DNA from: an uncultured delta proteobacterium
Lineage (GTDB): Bacteria > Myxococcota_A > Polyangia > Fen-1088
Length of the DNA stretch: 64,000 bases
NCBI GenBank assembly: GCA_963737265.1
Contig: CAVTRY010000011.1
Coordinates: 256,001-320,000 of the forward strand
Reading direction: 5' to 3'
Shown here: positions 58,107-64,000 of the stretch, in pieces
Numbering within the stretch: position 1 is the stretch's first letter
Layout of the letters: the number at the start of each line of letters is the position of its first letter
The notes under the pieces: model-generated
Seen by the model: the letters and a program-made list of their open reading frames with translations, nothing else
What the model was told of the DNA's origin: nothing
Database searches by the model: none
Position numbers and translations under genes: made by a program

Positions 58107-60210
58107 CTAGCGGGCCGCGGTTATTGGCGCGGTGCGGGCGTCGGACTCGAGACCGACGCGGATGGGCAGCACCGACATGGGCAATCCCTTCCAGTGCAGG
58201 CGCCGTTCGATTTGGTAGGCGGTTTCGTTGTGAAGAATCCGCTGCCACCAGGTTTCGCGCTTCCAGATCAGCTTGCCGGCGAAGAAGGCCGAACGAGGAT
58301 ATTCGGCGGCCAGAGCCGTGCATTGCGCGGTCGCCTCCTTGACTGCGTCGAGAGCGGAACCCATGCGCGACGAAGCGTGCCATCCGAGGCCGCGCGCCAG
58401 CTTGACGTACTTGTCGAGAGATTCTCGGGTGCGCGCCTCCAGGCGCTCGATTTCCTCGCTGCCCTTGAAGGTCCCGGAATCCAAGACCGCCACGGACACG
58501 AAGATGACGTTCTTGAAGTAGCCTGCGTAACTGCGCTGGATGGAGAGGAGCGAGTGGATACCGATGCCGCCAAAGCCGCCCACCATGAGCACGGCGGTCG
58601 GTTCGCGTGGGTCGGGTTCGCCGCCCAGGCCCTCCATCAAGCCGAGGTCGCCGAGCTCTTGATCGAGCCGGCGCAATTGCTGCGCCACATGCCGGTAGTG
58701 CAGCTCGATGCACAGGCAGAGCACCACGATGGCGGCGGTGACCAGCAGTGTGACCCACGCGCCTTGCGAGAACTTCTGCACCACGGTGAACGCGAGAATC
58801 CCGGCGCACAGAACCAGCGCCACGGTGTGCAGGAGAAGACTGTCGCTTCCAATGCTCGGCGCGGTGGCTGCGCTGCCACCAGAAGCGACACATGCCGATT
58901 TGCGAGAGCGAGAAGGTCACGAACACGTTGATGGCGTACATCACGACGAGAATGTCGAGGCTGCCATGGGTGGCGATGAGCAAGACCAGCGCGGCTCCAC
59001 CGAGAATGATGATGCCATTGGCGGTGGTCAGGCGGTCCGACAGCGACGCGAATCGGTGCGGTAGCCAGGAATCCACGGCCATGTTCGACATCACGCGCGG
59101 GCCGTCGATGAAGCCGGTCTGCGCGGCCACGAACAGCAATGCGCCCTCCGACGCCAGGACCAGAAGAACGAAGATCTTTCCCATAGGCAGACCGAGCAAG
59201 CGCCAGTTGCCGGCAAAGGCTTCGACTAGCACGCCGTTGAGGGTTTTTCCTTCCGCGGGCTCGACGTTGAAAAGCAGGTAGCAGAGCAAGATGCCGGCCG
59301 AGGTAATCGCCAGCGACAGGGCCATGTAGACCATGGTCTTCTTGCCGGTATGCACGCGCGGCTCGCGCATGATTTGCAGGCCGTTCGAGACCGCCTCGAT
59401 GCCGGTGTAGGTACCGCTGCCGCGGGCGAACGCCGCCGTGAACACCATGAACAGGCCCCACAGACCGAGCGTCGACACGCCCTGGTGGACACCGGTAGTG
59501 ACCTCGCCGGCCAGGACGCCGAAGCGGGTGAAGTGCGACACGAGGCCGCCGATAATGAGAATCGCGTGGGTGACCAAGAAGACGAGAAACACCGGAAGCA
59601 GGGTCGTGACGGATTCCTTGATCCCGCGCAGGTTCAGCAAGATGAGGGCCAGAATCGCCACGACCTCGACCATCAGTTTGAACTGGTGCCAGCCCAGGGG
59701 AAGCATGTTGAACACGGCATCCGCGCCCGACGCGACGGACACCGAAATCGTCAGCACGTAGTCGACCAACAGGGCGCTGCCCGAGACTACGCCGGCGTGC
59801 CGGCCAATCAGCTTGGTGGCCACCACATAGCCGCCACCGCCCGAGGGAAAATGCTCGATGATCTTGCTGTAGGAAATCGACAGGATCATGACCGTGAGCG
59901 CGGTAGCGAGCGCCAGGAACACCGCCAGGAAGGTGTAGTTGCCGTGTTCGCGCAATGCGCGGAAACACTCGTCAGGGCCGTAAGCCGACGATGAAAGTCC
60001 GTCCGCGCCAAGCCCCACCCAAGCGAGAAAGGCAATGAGGGAGATGTTGTGAAAAATCCCAGGGTCGCGGAAGTTCTTCGGGCGCCCCTGCAGGACGTTC
60101 CACACGCGCTCGTAGAATGTCGGGACCTCTAAGGAAAGCGCGGCGCTACTGTCATCCTCCGCGGGGCTGGCGCCAGCTTCGGATGAAGCAGTGCTATCTT
60201 CATGGGACAT
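58107..60210 (-). CDS. APC family permease (KimA/YdaO-like K+ transporter), frameshift near 58845
   Basis: GADGLSSSAYG, SGGGGY, LLVDYVLT, TGIEAVSNG, C-terminal LHNETA. Downstream of a c-di-AMP riboswitch. Confidence 0.85.
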
Positions 60211-60255
60211 TTCACGCTCTCCTGATGCGGCCTTTGACCTCCGTCGGGCCGCTCT

Positions 60256-60365
60256 GCCTACGAGGTTAGCTGTCGGGCTCGGAGGGAGGAGCACTCCGGC
60301 GCTTGTGCGCTACGCCCCCAAGATTAGGTGGGTCCCCCGTTCGGGCGTGGTCGCCGATTCGGCAT
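60256..60365 (-). ncRNA. c-di-AMP (ydaO/yuaA) riboswitch
   Basis: Minus strand reads GCCGAATC...GAACGGGGGACCCA...TTGGGGGCG...CCGAGCCCGACAGCTAACCTCGTAGGC, matching the conserved ydaO elements, just upstream of a ydaO-like gene. Confidence 0.9.
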
Positions 60366-60530
60366 GGACGGGCGATCTACGACCGCGGATCGCAAATGTC
60401 AAGCTGGCTGCATCCCGTGATCCTCCCGCTAAAGACACTTGGGCGCTTCACTTCTTCCACATTCTGGTAGGCTGGGCGCCGCGGAAACCCAAAGAAGCCC
60501 TCGCAGGGTTCATGTCAGGAGAAAATGCCC

Positions 60531-61037
60531 ATGGCTACGGTCACTCTCAGGGGAACCCCAATCACAACCTCGGGAAATCTGCCCGAGGTGGGAAGCAAGG
60601 CGCCGGATTTCAAGCTGGTCGGCGTGGATTTGCAGGACGTCTCGCTCGCCAGTTTCAGAGGCAAGAAGAAGATTCTCAACATCGTGCCCAGCCTAGACAC
60701 GTCGGTGTGCGCGACCTCGGCGCGCAAGTTTAACGATGAGGTCAAGCGCCTTCCCGATTCCGTCGTGCTCATCGTCTCGGCGGATCTGCCCTTCGCGTCC
60801 GAGCGTTTCCAGTCCGCCGAGGGGTTGCGCGATGTCGTTCCGCTGTCGATGATGCGGTCACGGGCCTTTGCGCGGGACTATGGCGTTCTGCTCACCAGCG
60901 GCCCGCTCGCCGGCATCTGCGCCCGCGCCGTGGTCGTGCTCGACGAGAACGACAGGGTCCTTCACACCGAGCTCGTGGCGGAGATCGCGCGCGAGCCGAA
61001 CTACGAACGTGTCTTGGCCGCGGTGCGAGGCCGATAG
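60531..61037 (+). CDS. tpx: Thiol peroxidase (Tpx-type peroxiredoxin)
   Basis: [36 protein letters not shown]. Confidence 0.9.
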   Translation: MATVTLRGTPITTSGNLPEVGSKAPDFKLVGVDLQDVSLASFRGKKKILNIVPSLDTSVCATSARKFNDEVKRLPDSVVLIVSADLPFASERFQSAEGLRDVVPLSMMRSRAFARDYGVLLTSGPLAGICARAVVVLDENDRVLHTELVAEIAREPNYERVLAAVRGR

Positions 61038-61092
61038 TCTCGAAACGGGCGCGCGGACACGGAAACGCCAACTTCTGCTATCCTCGCGCGCT

Positions 61093-62076
61093 ATGCGTAC
61101 GTCTTCTTCGCTGAAGGGAATTTGCTGCATCTCGGGATTCACCGTCGCTCTGCTAGCTGGGGCGGCCGGCTGCGGAAGTAATAGCCCGAGTCCTGACGCC
61201 GCTCAGGCTGCCGACGCCGAATCTGCGCAGGACACCCCGGCGGCGTCCCCGCCCTATTGCACCCTCGCGACTCCGTCTACCGCACTCGCCGATATGTCGG
61301 GGACCTGGGTGGTGCGCGCCGAGGGGTCGCAAGTGGTCAACGCGGCGACTATCGGGGCGCTGCAGACCAGGAGCATTTTCTACATTCTGGTTTCCATCGG
61401 CCAAACCGGAACGATCGTTCTCGCCCAGGGAAGCTATTGCGATCGCGCCGAGGTCGACGACACGAAGTCCCCGGTGAAGGTCGTTATTCCGGACGCCTGG
61501 GCGCACACCGAGACGCCGGTCGTGCGGACGGGTTCTTTCCTTCCTGGTTCCGACGGGATTGGCGTTCTCAGCTTCCCCTCCTGGCCGGAAGTTGCAGGTG
61601 CCACGCTAGCCAACCCCGGCACCGATCCACTCCCGACAGATCCAAGCGATCCTCGGGTTGTCGATTCAGACAACGACGGAAACCCCGGCATCACCGTCAG
61701 TTTGACCGGTCTCTTCACGGCAAACCTCTATTCGGTTCAGCGCCAGATCACCTCGTTCCTCGGCATTCCGGTCGCGGCGGATAGGGTGGAAGGGACGCTC
61801 ACCTTTGAATCGGACCAGACCGTTCTCGGCTCAACCAATCCCACCGTCACAGCTCTCTACGCGCAGTCGCTTTCCGGTCCGGATCCGGTCGTCTGCGATA
61901 GTACCTTTGCCATGGTCAGGGTTTCCCATAGTACCATTGGTCTGAGTGCTGGCGTGGACGGCGGCGAAGTCGACGGCGGCAGTCCCGACGACGGAGCGAT
62001 CAATGGCGCCGCGGTCGACGGCGGCGCGATTGGTTGCGATTGGGTGCGCGCGAACGAAGCGGTGCTGTTCCCCTAG
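61093..62076 (+). CDS. Lipoprotein of unknown function
   Basis: Lipobox AAGC, DSDNDGNPGITV Ca-binding-like loop. Confidence 0.7.
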   Translation: MRTSSSLKGICCISGFTVALLAGAAGCGSNSPSPDAAQAADAESAQDTPAASPPYCTLATPSTALADMSGTWVVRAEGSQVVNAATIGALQTRSIFYILVSIGQTGTIVLAQGSYCDRAEVDDTKSPVKVVIPDAWAHTETPVVRTGSFLPGSDGIGVLSFPSWPEVAGATLANPGTDPLPTDPSDPRVVDSDNDGNPGITVSLTGLFTANLYSVQRQITSFLGIPVAADRVEGTLTFESDQTVLGSTNPTVTALYAQSLSGPDPVVCDSTFAMVRVSHSTIGLSAGVDGGEVDGGSPDDGAINGAAVDGGAIGCDWVRANEAVLFP

Positions 62077-62099
62077 CCCGAAGTTCCGTGATTTGAGGC

Positions 62100-63581
62100 C
62101 TAGCGTGCGATGCGGAAGGTCGCGCCAGCTCCCAGCATGTAGCCGGTGCTCTTCCAGCCCGGATAGCCGGGGTTGTTAGTCTGCAGGCCGGCGGTACCGG
62201 CGGCGGGCAGGCCGGTATTGATGTTGATGGCGTTGCTGGGGTATTCGTCGATGACTGGATGGGCGGCATTCGGATCTTTCGTCACGTCGCGCGGGATAAA
62301 CAGCGAACCAAACAGGGTGATGCCGGCTTCGAGATCCTTGCCGAGAAACCTCACCGGTCCCTCAATCCCGGCGCTGGCGAGCAAGCGCGAATTGTCGACG
62401 TAGTTGGTGCGTCCGGTTTGGTCGGGTACGGGCGACGGCGAATAGCCGATGTCGGCGGTGACGTGCCGTTCGCGCCACAGGAAGCCGCCGCCGAGCGCGA
62501 CGCTGACGGTATTGTTCCAGGTGTCGAGCGGGTGCTCGCCCTGGCGGTTGTAGTACTGCGACCAGCGCTCGCCCAATAGTTGAATGCCGATTTCCCAAGG
62601 CGCGCGACCGTCGGCACGGTGGGGACCGCTGTAGCTGCCCCCGACGGCGAAGCGCAGCGGTTCGCTCCCTTGCGAGATGGTGTACGTCTGTTGGACCGAG
62701 TTTTGCCCCGGCGGATAGGCGTAGTTCCAAAAACGCAGATCGTTTTCGCCCTGGGTGTTGTTGGCAAAGGCAACATGCAGGGTAGCGATGACCGCGCTGC
62801 GCTGGGTTGGGTGCATGGTCGCCGCGAAGTAGGGTCTGAACTTGCTGTCGGTGTGAATGTCGGGAGCCAACAGCACGCGGCTCTGGTCCGAGCCGTCGGG
62901 AACGTAAACGGCTACCTTGGATTGGGTGAGGATGGCGACGTCGATACCGGCCCCGATGGAGATCCACTCGTTGAGCTGGGAGCCGAGGGCGAAGGTGAAG
63001 GTGGAGACGTCGAGCCGGTCTCCTAGCAGCTCGAAGTGAAGCTTGTCGGAGAAGTACTGTTCGCGTTCGTCGGCGAAAAAGCCGTTCTGGTCCAGGAAGG
63101 AGCGCACCGGGAGGAAGGCGTAGAAGCCGAAGACCAAGGCCTTGCCAGCCAGCGGGCGCACCATGCCGATGGCGGCGTAGATGGCGTTATTGTCGGCGTC
63201 GGTGTTAGAGCGTGGATTTGGCAGATTCGCGGTGGCGAGCGGGCGAATGACGTTGGAGCCGCCGGGGACGACGCTCGAATACACCGTATTTGGCACGTCT
63301 ACGCCCGCGGGGCGCGCCTTGAGACGAATGTTGCTCTGGGTTGCCAGCCCGAAGAAGCCGACCTCGATCTTGGGGGTGGCTTCTGGCAGCAGCGAGGGAT
63401 TGAAGTAGGTCGCCGCGGATCCGTGGGAAAGGACGCGCGCCGTGATTTGGTTCCCGCCCGTGGTCGCGCCGATGATTTCGAGCGTGCTGGAGGCGCGGGC
63501 GAGGTTGGGAAAGTCTGCGAAGAAGAGGGCAGCGACGAGCAGCGCGGGGCAGGTGCGCAACGGATGCGGGGTGCGGTGCAT
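62100..63581 (-). CDS. FadL/OmpP1-like outer membrane beta-barrel protein
   Basis: Signal peptide, ATYFNPS, YSPSPVPDQTGRTNYVDN, amphipathic strands. Confidence 0.7.
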   Translation of the reverse strand: MHRTPHPLRTCPALLVAALFFADFPNLARASSTLEIIGATTGGNQITARVLSHGSAATYFNPSLLPEATPKIEVGFFGLATQSNIRLKARPAGVDVPNTVYSSVVPGGSNVIRPLATANLPNPRSNTDADNNAIYAAIGMVRPLAGKALVFGFYAFLPVRSFLDQNGFFADEREQYFSDKLHFELLGDRLDVSTFTFALGSQLNEWISIGAGIDVAILTQSKVAVYVPDGSDQSRVLLAPDIHTDSKFRPYFAATMHPTQRSAVIATLHVAFANNTQGENDLRFWNYAYPPGQNSVQQTYTISQGSEPLRFAVGGSYSGPHRADGRAPWEIGIQLLGERWSQYYNRQGEHPLDTWNNTVSVALGGGFLWRERHVTADIGYSPSPVPDQTGRTNYVDNSRLLASAGIEGPVRFLGKDLEAGITLFGSLFIPRDVTKDPNAAHPVIDEYPSNAININTGLPAAGTAGLQTNNPGYPGWKSTGYMLGAGATFRIAR

Positions 63582-63661
63582 GCGCGAATGATGCCACGGA
63601 TCCCGAGCCGCATGGCCGGTCCGGCGCGGATTGAGTGTCCAGTCCGCCCGACGCATGTGCC

Positions 63662-64000
63662 TCAACCGAACAGGGCCAGTGCTTCCTCGAATTCGAGACG
63701 AGCCAGCCCTTCGCTAAAGCGCGCGCCGCGGGAATCGTTGGCGGCGCTCGCGGCGCTGGCCCGACCAGCTTCGGCCAGGGCCGCGTCGTAGCGCTCGCGG
63801 TAGCACGCAAGCTCGGCCTCGAGATCGGCGGGGCTGCGTAGGAGATACGAGGCCGCTTGGGCGCGCGAGGCGAGCGCTTCGTAGGCGGTTCGGATCCGTT
63901 TGAACCCGTCTGGGTCGCTGTGCGGAGGATGCTTCGCGAGCGCGACGAAGTAGGCACGTTTGATGGCCGCGACGTCGAGCGTTGGGGCGATCCCCAAGGT
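63662..64000 (-). CDS. J-domain (DnaJ-like) protein; start lies beyond the window
   Basis: LGIAP...IKRAYF...KHPPHSDPDGFKRIRTAYE. Confidence 0.75.
   Translation of the reverse strand, partial: TLGIAPTLDVAAIKRAYFVALAKHPPHSDPDGFKRIRTAYEALASRAQAASYLLRSPADLEAELACYRERYDAALAEAGRASAASAANDSRGARFSEGLARLEFEEALALFG

Noticed and set aside
56548-60294. Apparent 1248-aa permease-PilT fusion in the ORF track
   Set aside because: Artefact of a frameshift near 58845. The permease C-terminus continues in ORF 58107..58823, and PilT has its own start at 58047.
1-64000. tRNA, rRNA, CRISPR arrays, integrases or intact transposases
   Set aside because: None recognised. The Gly-linker repeats are coding low-complexity sequence, not arrays.

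Overview
GC-rich bacterial window. Gene content points to a myxobacterium (Myxococcota, probably Polyangia): a MYXO-CTERM sorting tail, many Gly/Thr-linker lipoproteins, a TonB-domain-fused outer-membrane receptor and a kinase-AAA fusion. The most coherent system is a metal (probably zinc) starvation island at about 9.7-25.4 kb. It has a Fur/Zur-family regulator, four copies of an ATGCAA-N5-TTGCA(T) palindrome and a COG0523 GTPase-WD40 pair. It also has an operon made of a His/Cys-rich candidate leader peptide ending RAPKTSPP, a TonB-dependent receptor, two related lipoproteins and exbB-exbD-tonB. To its left lies a decayed mosaic of metal-gene fragments, a ~145 bp IS200/IS605-like palindromic mini-element and a PIN toxin with an unusual antitoxin. 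The rest of the window holds peptidases (an M16 pair and M13), glycoside hydrolases (GH27, clan GH-A, GH53, GH12, GH16), an ECF sigma/FecR operon and a metallophosphoesterase-diheme peroxidase-HupE/UreJ operon. It also holds a c-di-AMP riboswitch controlling a KimA-like permease next to pilT, plus tpx and a FadL-like porin. Several single-base frameshifts in otherwise intact genes look like sequencing indels. All family calls come from motif recognition only; no database searches were run.
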